A stretch of 64,000 nt of DNA from a bacterium (GCA_963662285.2 CAXXMV010000004.1:1-64000); one strand, 5' to 3'. Positions 9,941-20,714 are shown, counted from the stretch's first letter. Numbers and translations: made by a program. Notes: generated from the sequence alone by a model not told the origin.

Positions 9941-9976
9941 AAATTTCTAAAAATTTCTAAAAATTTCTAAAAAATT
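9941..9976. repeat. Tandem 10-bp repeat (AAATTTCTAA)x3 upstream of serA
   Basis: aaatttctaa aaatttctaa aaatttctaa aaaatt read directly from the sequence. Confidence 0.9.
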
Positions 9977-10097
9977 ATGACCCTTATCTTATCATTCCAT
10001 CCAGCGCCTTCAAGATACGTGATCGTTGAGATGGAACAAATTTGCCTGATCGGCTATAAAAACATAATTCCGACGGCTTTGCTTTGGTTTTCTGGCG

Positions 10098-13000
10098 CTA
10101 AAAATTCACCTCATAAGTAGTAAACGGCGCGGCGCCTTCTGAATTAAAATGATTCTCTTCACGCCCGCCAGGATAAAGTTCACGCAGCTTATGGATATAA
10201 GTTCTATGGTTGCGCACCAATAAGAAGCAGACCGGACCACGCCGTATGACCCGATTCTTGATAAAATCATCCGGCTTCAATATATCTTCGCCCTTGGCGT
10301 CCTGCGCGATAAACCGCAAGGTTCCATATTTGAAATAAACAGCTGGCGGCCCGAAGAAGAAAGTGTATTGTTCCGGTCCGGCGTTATCCAGATAGCGGGC
10401 GATGCGCGTCCATTCATCCACTATTTGAGGCTTGACCATGATCTGATGGAAATAACGGTTCATCCCCAGGATTATAAATACCACCAAAATCGCAGAGGTG
10501 ATATGCAGCCGCATGCGTACCGGCCATTGAAAAGCGCGGGATAGTTGGCTCAAACAGCCATCCAGCACCGGCGCCGCCGCTATCAACAGAAACGGCAGCA
10601 AACCAACCAGGCGCTGATATGATGGCGCGTGATCCGTCAATGCGCTGCCCGCCAGGGGGATGCAGAAAATCCACAACAATAACAGGCGTGAGGCTGGATT
10701 CATCATTGTTCCAAGCATTAGGAAAAATCCCGCAGTAAACAGAACCGCCGCAACCGGATCCAGCATTCCCCCATTAGCCCGGTTAGCTAAATAAGGGCTG
10801 TTATCATGATAAGTTATAGGCGCTAACAATGATTTTTCGATCTGTTGTTTTATTAAACCAGTTCGGGATATATCCTTGGGGTAGTCTCTACGAATAAATT
10901 CTTCGCCCTGTTTAGATAATAAAGTAACGCTTTGGGCGCGGGAGAATGCCGCATCCGATGCAGCCATATAGACGCCGGATAATGGGGCGATCACAATACA
11001 GAACGCAAACAGATAGGCCGCCAGTCCTTTAAGAGCGCTGCGCAGAGTCAACGAGCGCGTCACCCACATAACCAACAATGACGCCGCAACCAATGGACCG
11101 AGAATTTTGGTGGCCTGATATGACAGAACGCCCAATCCCGACAAGGCTCCCGACAACACTAACCACCGGGAATCTTTATCCTGCAAGCCGCGCACCAGTG
11201 CATACATAACAGCCAATGTAAATAACGTAGTCTGGTTATAACCTATTCCAATACGCGAGAAATGGATAAAGAACGAAGATGCGGTAAATAGCAGAGTGGC
11301 GATCACCACCGGAATTGGACGTAAGAATCGCCGCGCCAGGATAAAAAATAGTGGGATGCATGACACTCCTATCAATGCTCCTGCTATCCTTACGCCAAAC
11401 AGGTTGTCGCCGCAGAGCCACATTACCCATCCGGGAATCAGATAAAACAGGTTAGGTATACCATACCATCCCAAGTTGAAAATATTCCAATTGCCCGAAT
11501 CGCGCACTTGTATGCCATGAAGAGCCACTTCGGCTTCATCGCCATGCACGTCAGTGGGTATGGAGGTTGCGCCGATTAAGTATAATGCAGCGCCCAGCAG
11601 GATTATGATGATCAACAGCGTATTAGCCCACGAATCGGCTAGATGGTCGCTTGATTCGCTTGAATGCAGTTCACCATCCTGTTCGTCAAATTCATCCAGA
11701 GTGACGCTGCCTGTAGAGAAAGGTACGGCCATCGTAACCGGTCCAACCTGAAATGTTGAATGCCCGATTGAATCCATCCGCCGTTTTTGCATTAGTATGC
11801 GGTAAAACCAATATAGGGCAATTCCCCATATAACCATCGGGGCGTACCAGGGTATTTTGCCGAATAGGGGCATTCCCTTCAGATGAAAATACTGCGCCAA
11901 CAATGCAGCCAGCGATACAGCAGCCAGTAACAAAACATTCTTGATACTGAGGGGAAAGGTTAAACCTTCATCCGACTCAAGCCATTTATCTTTTGACCAA
12001 TAACACGCCGCTGCATCCTTATATACCAGGATGCATAGCACTAAAGCCCCCAACCAGAAGATCAGTTCCGGTCTATGAGTAACGCTGGAAACTGCCCGTC
12101 CATGGGCGGCGTAGGTAATCCAAAAAATAAAAATATATGAAATAAGCAAAAAAGCGCGGGATAAGACGGATTGCTTTTTAAGCCTTCTGCTGAAAAATCC
12201 CAGAACAATAGCCGCAATCAGCAAGGAATATGAATTATTCAGAAAACCACTGATGATAGAAGGTTTCACTTCGGATTTTATAAGAACCTGTGCTGCACCG
12301 GGTTTCATTGGTTGTTTCGGGGCGTGAAACTTATCCTGGATAGCGCACAGATACATATTTTCAGTCGGGATAAAGGCAACCGATTGAACTGAATTCATAT
12401 TCTTACGGATTATGCGCCGCTCCCCTTTAAGATTGATTTCCTCGATCTCCTGCTGATCCGAATCGGCTACTAATACTGATCCCGACGTGAGCAAAGATAA
12501 CTTATTGGGATGATCAAAACCGCGCAGTTGCGAGACGATATCTCCACTGGGCGATACCGTTATAACGCGATGATTATCAAAATCGGCTATAAGCGTATTG
12601 CCATCTACCAGCCGGAGGGCATCCATAGGCTGCTTTAAACCGTCTGAATAACTCCATACTAATTTACCATCGTCAGTTATTTCGACTACGCGCCCGGCTA
12701 CGGCGTCGCATACCAGAAGGTTTCCGTTGTCCAGTAGGTCTGCGTCAACCGGACCCTGGAATGGATAATCAACCTGTTTTTGTTCTTTGGTATCACGGTT
12801 AAAAAAGAAAATCCGTTTGCTGGAACGCGATGTCAACAGGAATATTTTGCCATCTCTATCAGCGCAATCAACATCATTGAGCGAGTCGAAACTGGCATTA
12901 TAAATCTTTTCGCCTTCGCCGGAAAAAATTAATAACTCTCCCGCCTGCGTCGTTACCGCGAAATGGATCATTGACGGCAGCACTTCAACATCCGTTGGAA

Positions 13001-13184
13001 AACCTGCGATAGGATACAATGCCTTGATGCCCTGTTTGGCGTCCAACACCGCCACTCCGGGCTGAGTTGGAAAGCCATTAACAATATTTTCCATTTGAGC
13101 GATCGATAGGATTGGCAAACAACTCAAGTAGCCTGTAACAATCAATCCAGATAAAACAATACGCAGAACCAGTCGGTTTTTCAT
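10098..13184 (-). CDS. Membrane glycosyltransferase (GT-C, ArnT/PMT_2-like) fused to an N-terminal NHL-like beta-propeller
   Basis: Signal-like N-terminus; repeats such as LKQPMDALRLVDGNTLIADFDNHRVI; then many TM helices with HGDEA, HFSRIG and YQR motifs typical of GT39/PMT_2. Confidence 0.75.
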   Translation of the reverse strand: MKNRLVLRIVLSGLIVTGYLSCLPILSIAQMENIVNGFPTQPGVAVLDAKQGIKALYPIAGFPTDVEVLPSMIHFAVTTQAGELLIFSGEGEKIYNASFDSLNDVDCADRDGKIFLLTSRSSKRIFFFNRDTKEQKQVDYPFQGPVDADLLDNGNLLVCDAVAGRVVEITDDGKLVWSYSDGLKQPMDALRLVDGNTLIADFDNHRVITVSPSGDIVSQLRGFDHPNKLSLLTSGSVLVADSDQQEIEEINLKGERRIIRKNMNSVQSVAFIPTENMYLCAIQDKFHAPKQPMKPGAAQVLIKSEVKPSIISGFLNNSYSLLIAAIVLGFFSRRLKKQSVLSRAFLLISYIFIFWITYAAHGRAVSSVTHRPELIFWLGALVLCILVYKDAAACYWSKDKWLESDEGLTFPLSIKNVLLLAAVSLAALLAQYFHLKGMPLFGKIPWYAPMVIWGIALYWFYRILMQKRRMDSIGHSTFQVGPVTMAVPFSTGSVTLDEFDEQDGELHSSESSDHLADSWANTLLIIIILLGAALYLIGATSIPTDVHGDEAEVALHGIQVRDSGNWNIFNLGWYGIPNLFYLIPGWVMWLCGDNLFGVRIAGALIGVSCIPLFFILARRFLRPIPVVIATLLFTASSFFIHFSRIGIGYNQTTLFTLAVMYALVRGLQDKDSRWLVLSGALSGLGVLSYQATKILGPLVAASLLVMWVTRSLTLRSALKGLAAYLFAFCIVIAPLSGVYMAASDAAFSRAQSVTLLSKQGEEFIRRDYPKDISRTGLIKQQIEKSLLAPITYHDNSPYLANRANGGMLDPVAAVLFTAGFFLMLGTMMNPASRLLLLWIFCIPLAGSALTDHAPSYQRLVGLLPFLLIAAAPVLDGCLSQLSRAFQWPVRMRLHITSAILVVFIILGMNRYFHQIMVKPQIVDEWTRIARYLDNAGPEQYTFFFGPPAVYFKYGTLRFIAQDAKGEDILKPDDFIKNRVIRRGPVCFLLVRNHRTYIHKLRELYPGGREENHFNSEGAAPFTTYEVNF

Positions 13185-13253
13185 GAATATTCACCTGAAA
13201 CTAGATATATGTAATCCAAATAATCTTATCAAACATAAATGCCGGGCAACCAA

Positions 13254-13536
13254 GTAGGGGCGCTCCTTGTGGGCGCCCGAAGCCACTCACGCTTTACCGA
13301 CCTACCGCAAGCCACCTGTGGTTAACTAGAAACGGTGGGTCATAAAACGCGACCCACCCTACGGGAAACCACCACCCGGCAAACGGATTGCATGAATTTT
13401 ATATTACGAATGAATGCAAAAAAGGGGCGTGGAATTTTTCCACGCCCCTGAGTATGTTTTATGTAGGGTAGGTCACGCCTTACCGACCCACCGCAAGCCA
13501 CCGAATCGGTGGGTCATAAAACGCGACCCACCCTAC
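13254..13536. repeat. BIME-like cluster of GTAG-headed REP palindromes (families GTAGGGGCG..GGGCGCCC and GTAGGGTGGGTC..GACCCACC)
   Basis: Copies at 13254-13278, 13334-13362 (inverted), 13463-13492 and 13508-13536 (inverted). Confidence 0.85.
13418..13449 (-). terminator. Rho-independent terminator downstream of the MFS gene
   Basis: Minus strand reads AGGGGCGTGGAA-AAA-TTCCACGCCCCT followed by a T-run. Confidence 0.8.
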
Positions 13537-13551
13537 GGGACTTGATAATAA

Positions 13552-14727
13552 TTATGCTAGTGGAGCTGGAAGAACCAAGCCCATAATAACGGCCATTACG
13601 CATAAAATGATAGCTGTAACTGCCGCTACTACCATTGCGTCTTTGATGGTTTTGCCTTCACCGGAAGCGATCGAACCCATCCAGGCGGGAACGAAGATAG
13701 CGCCTAGCAGACCAACTGAGAAAATAATGCTGAAGCCTGTACCGCCTTGAGAGACTCTAGAGAACATTAAACCTGCGATAGTCGGGAAGCATGGAGCGAA
13801 AAGTAGACCAATCAGGATGAATAAAATAGTCGCCATGCCTTGGGAGTTAGCGTTTTTGAGCATAAAGAGCACAACCGCTGCGATTAAAGCGGCCCCTGCC
13901 AGAAGCCATTGACCATTAGCTGCCAGGTTCAAATATCCACCAATAACCAGTGCCGTGAAGAGTCGGCCTACCATGATAGCTACTGAGAAGAAGGATAGAA
14001 CGCCGGAAGCTTTGGCTTCGCTGGCGCCGACGCTGGTCATATAAGTGGTGATCCAACCAGCCATTGATACTTCCAATGCGATGTAGCACATCAATGCCAA
14101 TGCGCATAGAATTATGGTTGGATTAGTGATTAATGCAGCTGCTTCACTAGCGCTGAAATTTCCTCCTGATTTAGGGAAATCTCCGCCCAGTGCGAAAATC
14201 AGGGGAATCAAAAGAATAATGGCTAGAACAGTCATGGTTCCGCCGTATGATAATTTTTTAAAGAAGAATGCGGTCAGGAACGGTGCGCAGAACGCGCCCA
14301 CGCCAAAGAATACGTTGCCCATGTTGCCGGAGCGGCCTGCATCTGCATAGAGAATCGCCGGATCGGCAAGCAGCGTGTTGCCTGCTGTGTTCATGAACAT
14401 ACTACCGGCGCCCAGCAGAAGACAGCAAATAACTGCCAGTTTGTAATTGCTGGCTTGTCCGAACAGAAAAACCGCGATAGCGCCAGCAACAAAACCGGCG
14501 ACTGCGATAGTCTGGTAACCAAACATATCGCAAGTGATTCCCGCTACGATAACGAAAACCAGGTTGCTGAAGTTATAAGCAGAAAACAGTTTACCCATCT
14601 GTGCGTCGTTTATGCCTAACCGTTCCGTTAAGCGAATCTTGACGCTTCCTAGCAAAAACATCGTTAGACCCAGGCCAAATACGCTGCTCATGGCCACCAT
14701 AGTTGCAAACAACATGGATTGTTCCAT
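13552..14727 (-). CDS. MFS transporter (FucP/TsgA-like sugar permease)
   Basis: About 12 hydrophobic segments; YIALEVSMAGWITTY, GRL and GLLFAPCFPT motifs. Confidence 0.8.
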   Translation of the reverse strand: MEQSMLFATMVAMSSVFGLGLTMFLLGSVKIRLTERLGINDAQMGKLFSAYNFSNLVFVIVAGITCDMFGYQTIAVAGFVAGAIAVFLFGQASNYKLAVICCLLLGAGSMFMNTAGNTLLADPAILYADAGRSGNMGNVFFGVGAFCAPFLTAFFFKKLSYGGTMTVLAIILLIPLIFALGGDFPKSGGNFSASEAAALITNPTIILCALALMCYIALEVSMAGWITTYMTSVGASEAKASGVLSFFSVAIMVGRLFTALVIGGYLNLAANGQWLLAGAALIAAVVLFMLKNANSQGMATILFILIGLLFAPCFPTIAGLMFSRVSQGGTGFSIIFSVGLLGAIFVPAWMGSIASGEGKTIKDAMVVAAVTAIILCVMAVIMGLVLPAPLA

Positions 14728-14990
14728 TTCTTGCCTCCTCTGAGAAATCTAGATTCTATTAGTTTATAAAGATTTTGGGTATTCCCCAAATACGCGGCCG
14801 CAATAAGCGTACCGCGCTCCCCGGCGCAAATTATTTTGCTTGGGAAAATGAATTCAAAACATTGCCGCATTATACGAAATTCAAAGCGGTTATCATAGAG
14901 GCTTGCTGCATTAGGTCAACAATTATTATATAGAGGTTTTGAGTTATAAATTCATAAGTTAAATGAATATAGATGTTTATCGTTTTGTAA

Positions 14991-15120
14991 GTAGGGGCGA
15001 CCCCTTGTGGGCGCCCGGTAAATATCCACCCAATCATAGCGTTCAGGGATATCCAGGACGCCCGGTAAAGAACAACCTGGATATCCCTGGGCGCCCATGA
15101 AAGGCGCTTCTCCAACCACC
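14991..15120. repeat. REP-like cluster with a 14-bp inverted repeat
   Basis: GTAGGGGCGACCCCTTGTGGGCGCCC at 14991-15016; CAGGGATATCCAGG (15044-15057) pairs with CCTGGATATCCCTG (15076-15089). Confidence 0.75.
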
Positions 15121-15144
15121 TATGAATGTCGTTCATACAATCTT

Positions 15145-16182
15145 TTAATCCAAATACTGATAAATGGTATTTCTTTTCCGGGGGATAAAATTGGCGTCCT
15201 GGATGATCTTTTGAATCTCTTGTTCGTTGCTGCAATTATGAATCCCGGTTGCGGCTACTACATTCTCTTCCATCATGGTGCCGCCCATATCGTTGGCGCC
15301 GAAGAATAAGGCTATCTGCCCGATCTGCTTACCCTGGGTGATGAATGAAGCCTGGATATTGGTTATATTATCCAGAAAGAGACGCGAGATAGCCAAGGTC
15401 TTGAGATATTCAACCGCTCCCGATTCAGGAACATCCTGCATGACGGTATTGCTGGCTTGAAAAGTCCAGGGGATGAAAGCGGTGAATCCTCCGGTCTTGT
15501 CCTGGAGCGTACGTATATGATCGAGGTGTTCGACGCGCTCCTCAATGGTTTCGATATGTCCGAACATCATGGTTGCGGTGGTTCTCATGCCCAGGTTATG
15601 GGCTTCCTCATGCACTTTGAGCCAATCCCTGGTCAGGCATTTACCGCCGCTCACTTTTTTCCTTACCCGGTCATTAAGAATTTCCGCCCCTCCTCCCGGA
15701 ATGGTGTCCAGGCCAGCGGCTTTTAATTGTTTCAGAATTTCTGCAACCGGCATCTTGAATTTCAGGCTGAAGAAATGAATCTCCGGGGCGGAAAAAGCGT
15801 GCAGGTCGATAGTGAAATTATTTTTGATTTTAGAGAGAAGGTCGCAGTAGTGCGAAAAGGGCAGTTTGGGATGCAGCCCGCCTTGCAGCAGTATTTGCGT
15901 CCCGCCGACGTTTATCAGTTCTTCAATTTTCTTGAGCAGTTCTTCGTCAGAAAGGGTGTAGGCGTCGGGATCATCCGGTTTGCGGTAGAAGGCGCAGAAA
16001 TCGCATCCCGCGGCGCAGATATTGGAATAATTGATATTACGGTCAACCACATAACTGACTATGGATGGATCGGCTTTAGCTAATCGTAGATTATGGGCTT
16101 GTTGCCCTAGATCAATTAAGTTGTCTGATTTGAATAGTTCAACGGCTTGTTCAATGCTGAGGCGTTTGTGGGATCGGGGCAT
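15145..16182 (-). CDS. mqnC: Cyclic dehypoxanthinyl futalosine synthase (radical SAM)
   Basis: DRNINYSNICAAGCDFCAFY (CxxxCxxC), LLQGGLHP, PGGGAEIL, GFTAFIPW and GTMMEENVV motifs. Confidence 0.9.
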   Translation of the reverse strand: MPRSHKRLSIEQAVELFKSDNLIDLGQQAHNLRLAKADPSIVSYVVDRNINYSNICAAGCDFCAFYRKPDDPDAYTLSDEELLKKIEELINVGGTQILLQGGLHPKLPFSHYCDLLSKIKNNFTIDLHAFSAPEIHFFSLKFKMPVAEILKQLKAAGLDTIPGGGAEILNDRVRKKVSGGKCLTRDWLKVHEEAHNLGMRTTATMMFGHIETIEERVEHLDHIRTLQDKTGGFTAFIPWTFQASNTVMQDVPESGAVEYLKTLAISRLFLDNITNIQASFITQGKQIGQIALFFGANDMGGTMMEENVVAATGIHNCSNEQEIQKIIQDANFIPRKRNTIYQYLD

Positions 16183-16657
16183 CTTGCTTCTCTTTTGGGG
16201 GTAGTTCGATCAATTTTTCCTGAGCGCGAATCTCTTCAAAAAGCTCTAAAATTTCCCGTTTATCCTGAGCGAAGTCTGATTCGAGGTAAGCTAATAATAA
16301 ACGGTTGACGGCGTCTGTCAGGTTGCCTTGTTCAATAAGTAGTTTCCCGACAATGACATTGGCGTATCGATCCCAGGGATGGATTTTAAGCAGCTGTTCG
16401 CACCACCGGGCGTGTTCTTCAGTATTTTCATCCAAACGAGTCGCGTTGATCATACCTTGTAAAGATTGAGAATCGTAGGGATTCTTTTTGAGAATGCTTT
16501 GATAGGCTTCACGGGCGGCTGCGATATTGCCATTTTTCAGGTATTCAGCTGCATTGGATAGAATATCTTCTTTAGGCGTCGAACAGCCCGCCCATGCAAA
16601 GAATGCAGCAATGATTATAAAAAGAAACCGGCTCGTTCTTCCGGTTTGGAGCGTCAT
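16151..16657 (-). CDS. TPR-containing lipoprotein
   Basis: Lipobox WAGC followed by TPR-like helices (AAREAYQSILKKNPYD). Confidence 0.7.
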   Translation of the reverse strand: MTLQTGRTSRFLFIIIAAFFAWAGCSTPKEDILSNAAEYLKNGNIAAAREAYQSILKKNPYDSQSLQGMINATRLDENTEEHARWCEQLLKIHPWDRYANVIVGKLLIEQGNLTDAVNRLLLAYLESDFAQDKREILELFEEIRAQEKLIELPPKEKQDAPIPQTPQH

Positions 16658-16689
16658 AAGCGTTTACCATAAATGCTGGTCAGTAAATT

Positions 16690-16833
16690 CCCACTCCCTC
16701 CGGGAGAGGGCTAGATTGAGAGGGTATAAACAACGCCTAACGTAGGGCGCGCCCCTCGTGGGCGCCCGGTAAGACATAGAAGGAGAATCTAAATCCACCC
16801 AAGTGTAGGATGGGTCAGCCTTACCGACCCATC
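16690..16833. repeat. Cluster of three different REP-like palindromes
   Basis: CCCACTCCC..GGGAGAGGG type at 16690-16724, GTAGGGCGC..GGGCGCCC at 16742-16767, GTAGGATGGGTC..GACCCATC at 16805-16833. Confidence 0.8.
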
Positions 16834-16867
16834 AAAAAACCACCCCAGACAACAAGACGCTTATCCC

Positions 16868-18322
16868 CTAGTACGCGTTCTTGAAGGAAGTAAATGTCTT
16901 CCAAAGAATCTTGATATCCAGCAGGATCGACCAATTCTCAACATAATACAAATCATGCTGGGTTCGTTCGATTACAGATGTGTCTCCCCGCCAACCGTTG
17001 ACTTGCGCCCAACCGGTTATGCCCGATTTCACCATATGGCGTCTTGTATAGTTGGGGATTTGTTCTTTGAACTTATCAACGAAATAAGGTCGTTCCGGTC
17101 TGGGGCCGACTAAACTCATATCGCCGCGCAGTACATTAAAGAACTGCGGCAGTTCATCTAGATTGTAACGACGCAGGAACCGGCCAATCCTGGTAGTGCG
17201 CGGATCGTTGGTTGTCGCCCATTTCGGGCCAGTATCTCTTTCGGCGTTATCAACCATAGAACGAAATTTGAGTATTTCGAACTTATTGCCGTCGTTGCCG
17301 ACTCTCTCCTGCATAAAGAAAACCGGACCTTTAGAATCCAAACGGATTAAAATGGTGATAAACAACATAACTGGTGAAGAGGCGATGATGGCTATGCTGG
17401 AAAATAGAATATCCATACTGCGTTTAATGATTTGTCCCAAGCCATATAATGGAGTTTCTCCGAAAATAATGGTGGGTAGAGATGATATGTTTTTGGGTTC
17501 CATACTCGTGCTGAGATGATCATACAATTCCGGAATGATTTGATACGACACATTATTATCTAAGCAATGATTAATGGTTTGCAAAACTGATTCATGATGA
17601 TTGGGAGACAACGCGATAATCACATTATCAATGGGTTGATCTTTAAGGATATTTTCAAGATCAACCAATGATCCCAGGCAGGGCATGGCATCATTGCTCT
17701 GTTTTGGTTCGGGATTTGAATCAATGCAACCGATTAACTGGTATTCTGAACCGTAATATTTTTGCAGTTTCTGATTAACGCTAAGGCAACGCTCTATTGA
17801 TCCAACGATTATAGTCTTGGAAAAGAGTATCCCGCTGCGTATTAAATGAATTTGCAGCCATTTCATCATGTGTTGTTGCACGATCATTCCGGTGCACGCA
17901 ATAGGAATGGCTATGCCGACGGTTAATCGAGAGAAAGAGAATCCTCTATAATTAAACAGAAGCGCCATCAGGAATATATATGAAACCAGGATGCCCAGGA
18001 TGCGGGAACTGCTATGCACTTGTCTATCCAAGCCTACCCGACGTTCGTATAAACCCAACCGTTCAAATACCAATACGCCTACTACGCCGATAAACATGGA
18101 TAGATGGATATATGACATAAACTCCGGGATGTATGGAGGATCCGGGGGAGGGAAATAACTATATATATGGGTATAAAAACGGATCGAATAGGCCGCTAAT
18201 AGTGAAAGTGAAAAAATTAAAAAGTCTGAGAATAAAAGAATAAAAAGCGGCAATGAATACCGGTCTCTAAATTCGTTTTCAGATATAGTCTTGATAATGT
18301 TCATTGATTGATTGTGGTTCAA
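16868..18322 (-). CDS. Undecaprenyl-phosphate glucose phosphotransferase (WcaJ-like priming glycosyltransferase)
   Basis: N-terminal TMs; KRSMDI, KFRSM, DPRTTRIGRFLR, LDELPQ, MSLVGPRPE and GITGWAQVNG motifs. Confidence 0.92.
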   Translation of the reverse strand: MNHNQSMNIIKTISENEFRDRYSLPLFILLFSDFLIFSLSLLAAYSIRFYTHIYSYFPPPDPPYIPEFMSYIHLSMFIGVVGVLVFERLGLYERRVGLDRQVHSSSRILGILVSYIFLMALLFNYRGFSFSRLTVGIAIPIACTGMIVQQHMMKWLQIHLIRSGILFSKTIIVGSIERCLSVNQKLQKYYGSEYQLIGCIDSNPEPKQSNDAMPCLGSLVDLENILKDQPIDNVIIALSPNHHESVLQTINHCLDNNVSYQIIPELYDHLSTSMEPKNISSLPTIIFGETPLYGLGQIIKRSMDILFSSIAIIASSPVMLFITILIRLDSKGPVFFMQERVGNDGNKFEILKFRSMVDNAERDTGPKWATTNDPRTTRIGRFLRRYNLDELPQFFNVLRGDMSLVGPRPERPYFVDKFKEQIPNYTRRHMVKSGITGWAQVNGWRGDTSVIERTQHDLYYVENWSILLDIKILWKTFTSFKNAY

Positions 18323-18840
18323 CCTTTAATAATAGTCTCAGCAGGAAAACCCTGCCCACGAATTATTATCCGGCATAAGCCGAATATGCTTAATTTACTT
18401 TTGCTGCATTCTTTTAGATAATATTAATAGTAACATAACTTTTTTATAATATTAAAAAAAGTCTGCAAAAAATTCAAGTAACGAATTATAGCTCAATATC
18501 CAGGGCTTTGTCAACAAAATAATAAAAATCAGAGAGTTATATTTTAATCGTAAAAAAATACTAAAAATTAGTTCTTTTCCAGTTTATTATGCTTTTAAAT
18601 GCAAAAAAAGGATAATTTGATATTTTTTAAATTTTTTTTTGAGCGTTTATATAAAACATCTTGGTTTATTATAGAGTTTGAAATTTTATAAAGCCATTCT
18701 TTTTCAGCATTCTTGATACGGGAATACCTATGTTATGATGCCAAGCATTAGCACTTATGTTTCTGCGTTTCCCATGAAAAGTAGGTTGCTTTATCAAGCG
18801 CCTTATAATATTTTCTATTTAAGGAGTACAAAATACAAGG

Positions 18841-18869
18841 TTGACGGATGATGATTATCAATGTAATAT
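18841..18869 (+). promoter_or_regulatory. Sigma70-like promoter for the regulator/glycosylation operon
   Basis: TTGACG-N17-TAATAT about 90 bp upstream of the regulator ORF. Confidence 0.55.
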
Positions 18870-18958
18870 TCAAAAAATGAATTTTGTATCCTTCAACGGT
18901 TGCTTTTCTTTCATCAAAACAGTTTAGTCGGATCTCCGATCATAGAAGCGTATAACTT

Positions 18959-19582
18959 GTGAAAAAGATTGCAGAAACAAAAGAAGATTCGTTCATGGAT
19001 CGCGAAGAGCAGATGATATTGAATCTGCTGGCGATGATTGAAAATGAACCTGATACAACTCAAAAAGGCCTGGCCAGCAGGTTGGGCGTGGCTGTGGGTG
19101 TTGTTAATTCTTACTTAAAGAGGGTTATTTACAAGGGTTACGTAAAGACTAAAAGTCTCCAGCGCCGCCGCTTGCGCTATCTGTTAACTCCTAGCGGCAT
19201 TAAAGAAAAATCACGGCTTACATACGAATTTCTGCAATATTCTTATGTTTATATCAGAGATATTCGCCGCAAGTCGCATGATGCGCTTGCGCCTTTGGTT
19301 CAGCAAGGTAAAAACCGCATTGTTTTTTATGGAATTGGAGAAAGGGCTGAATTAGCCTATATTACAGTGCGCGAACTGGGCATGGAATTGATCGGTATTG
19401 TCGATCAAACTTGCGCCGGTCAACGTTGCATCGATCATTCTATTCGTGATCTGGAATGGCTATCCGGGGAATGTGAAGCGGATGTGATGCTTATATTAAA
19501 CAATTCATCTAATGAATCAGAATTACATCATGAAATTGACAACATTGCCAAAAAGAAAGAGATGGTTGTGATTTGTCTATAA
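18959..19582 (+). CDS. MarR-type winged-helix regulator, EPS-associated, with C-terminal Rossmann-like domain
   Basis: TQKGLASRLGVAVGVVNSYLKR and YLLTPSGIKEKSRLT motifs, then IVFYGIGERAE. Confidence 0.85.
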   Translation: MKKIAETKEDSFMDREEQMILNLLAMIENEPDTTQKGLASRLGVAVGVVNSYLKRVIYKGYVKTKSLQRRRLRYLLTPSGIKEKSRLTYEFLQYSYVYIRDIRRKSHDALAPLVQQGKNRIVFYGIGERAELAYITVRELGMELIGIVDQTCAGQRCIDHSIRDLEWLSGECEADVMLILNNSSNESELHHEIDNIAKKKEMVVICL

Positions 19583-19668
19583 ACGTGATTTGTCTGTAAA
19601 CTGGAATTGATTTTTGATACGAATAAGTATTCCATAATTAACGGTGAAAAAAAAAGGAACAAGACAAG

Positions 19669-20700
19669 ATGGATAAATCTGGCGCGGACTCAATTTCAAA
19701 AGCAGGTGATTCTCTCCACTCAACCTTTTTAGGTTCAAATGAACTTGGCCGGGTTTTACATTCAATTTCAATGACATGCCTTGATGTCGGCGCACGGGGA
19801 GGATTTAAGGATGAATTGACGTTGATTGCTCCATCCGTCAATGCCATTGGCTTCGAGCCTGAAGCAATTGAATGTCAAAGACTTAATGAAAAACTAGATT
19901 CAGCATCACAGCCCTGGAAAAGCATCAAATTTCTTCCCGCAGCATTAGGTGAACAAGCAGATCACCGCACTCTAAATATATATAAAAGAAGAGGTTGTAC
20001 TTCATTATTAGAAGCCGATATAGAACAAACATCCCTGTTTTCCCGGCAGGATTATTATGAATTAGTTGACGCCGCCTCTATTGATACTGTTCCTATGGAT
20101 CAGGCGGCGGAGCAGTATGGTTTTCAGGATGCGATTTATCTTAAGATCGATGTGGAAGGCGCTGAACTGGAGGTTTTGTCTACTGCCAGGACGCTATTAT
20201 CAGAATCATTGAATTTTATCCGTATGGAAGTGACTTTTGCCCCGGTTAGAAAAAAACAACCGCTTTTTTCAGATATTGAATCTTTTTTAAGACCTTTTGG
20301 ATTCGTTCCTCTAGGTTTTGTAGAAATGCATCACTGGAGACCTCTATCAAAAGTGAAGCATCCATACCTGGATAATAATAATCTTCCATATTCTAAAGGG
20401 CAGATGATTCACGGAGATGTGCTATTTTGGAAACCAATGCCCTGGACCAATCAATCGTATATCAACGATATCTCCTCTATGATGAAGATTATTTATCTTC
20501 TATTGGTTCATGAGTATGTAGATCATGCCTATCAGATTGTATGTCAGGATAATATCGCCCGGTTGATCGATGATGCTTATAACATAGATATTAAGCGGGA
20601 GATCGAGTTGGTTTCGCGCTTCCTGGCTAAACAAAACAGACGGGCGCAATTCCATTTATTGATCCGTAATTTGAAGGATTTGCTATTACGCCGTATTTAA
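19669..20700 (+). CDS. FkbM-family methyltransferase
   Basis: LDVGARGG, GFEP and LKIDVEGAELEVL motifs. Confidence 0.88.
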   Translation: MDKSGADSISKAGDSLHSTFLGSNELGRVLHSISMTCLDVGARGGFKDELTLIAPSVNAIGFEPEAIECQRLNEKLDSASQPWKSIKFLPAALGEQADHRTLNIYKRRGCTSLLEADIEQTSLFSRQDYYELVDAASIDTVPMDQAAEQYGFQDAIYLKIDVEGAELEVLSTARTLLSESLNFIRMEVTFAPVRKKQPLFSDIESFLRPFGFVPLGFVEMHHWRPLSKVKHPYLDNNNLPYSKGQMIHGDVLFWKPMPWTNQSYINDISSMMKIIYLLLVHEYVDHAYQIVCQDNIARLIDDAYNIDIKREIELVSRFLAKQNRRAQFHLLIRNLKDLLLRRI

Positions 20701-20714
20701 GTTCTCCTTTTATC

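Noticed and set aside
9780-10097. Riboswitch upstream of serA
   Set aside because: No recognisable glycine, ZTP, SAM or T-box consensus by eye.
14870-15235. 121-aa ORF containing GRPQGVAPT
   Set aside because: Translation of REP palindromes in an intergenic region; likely spurious.
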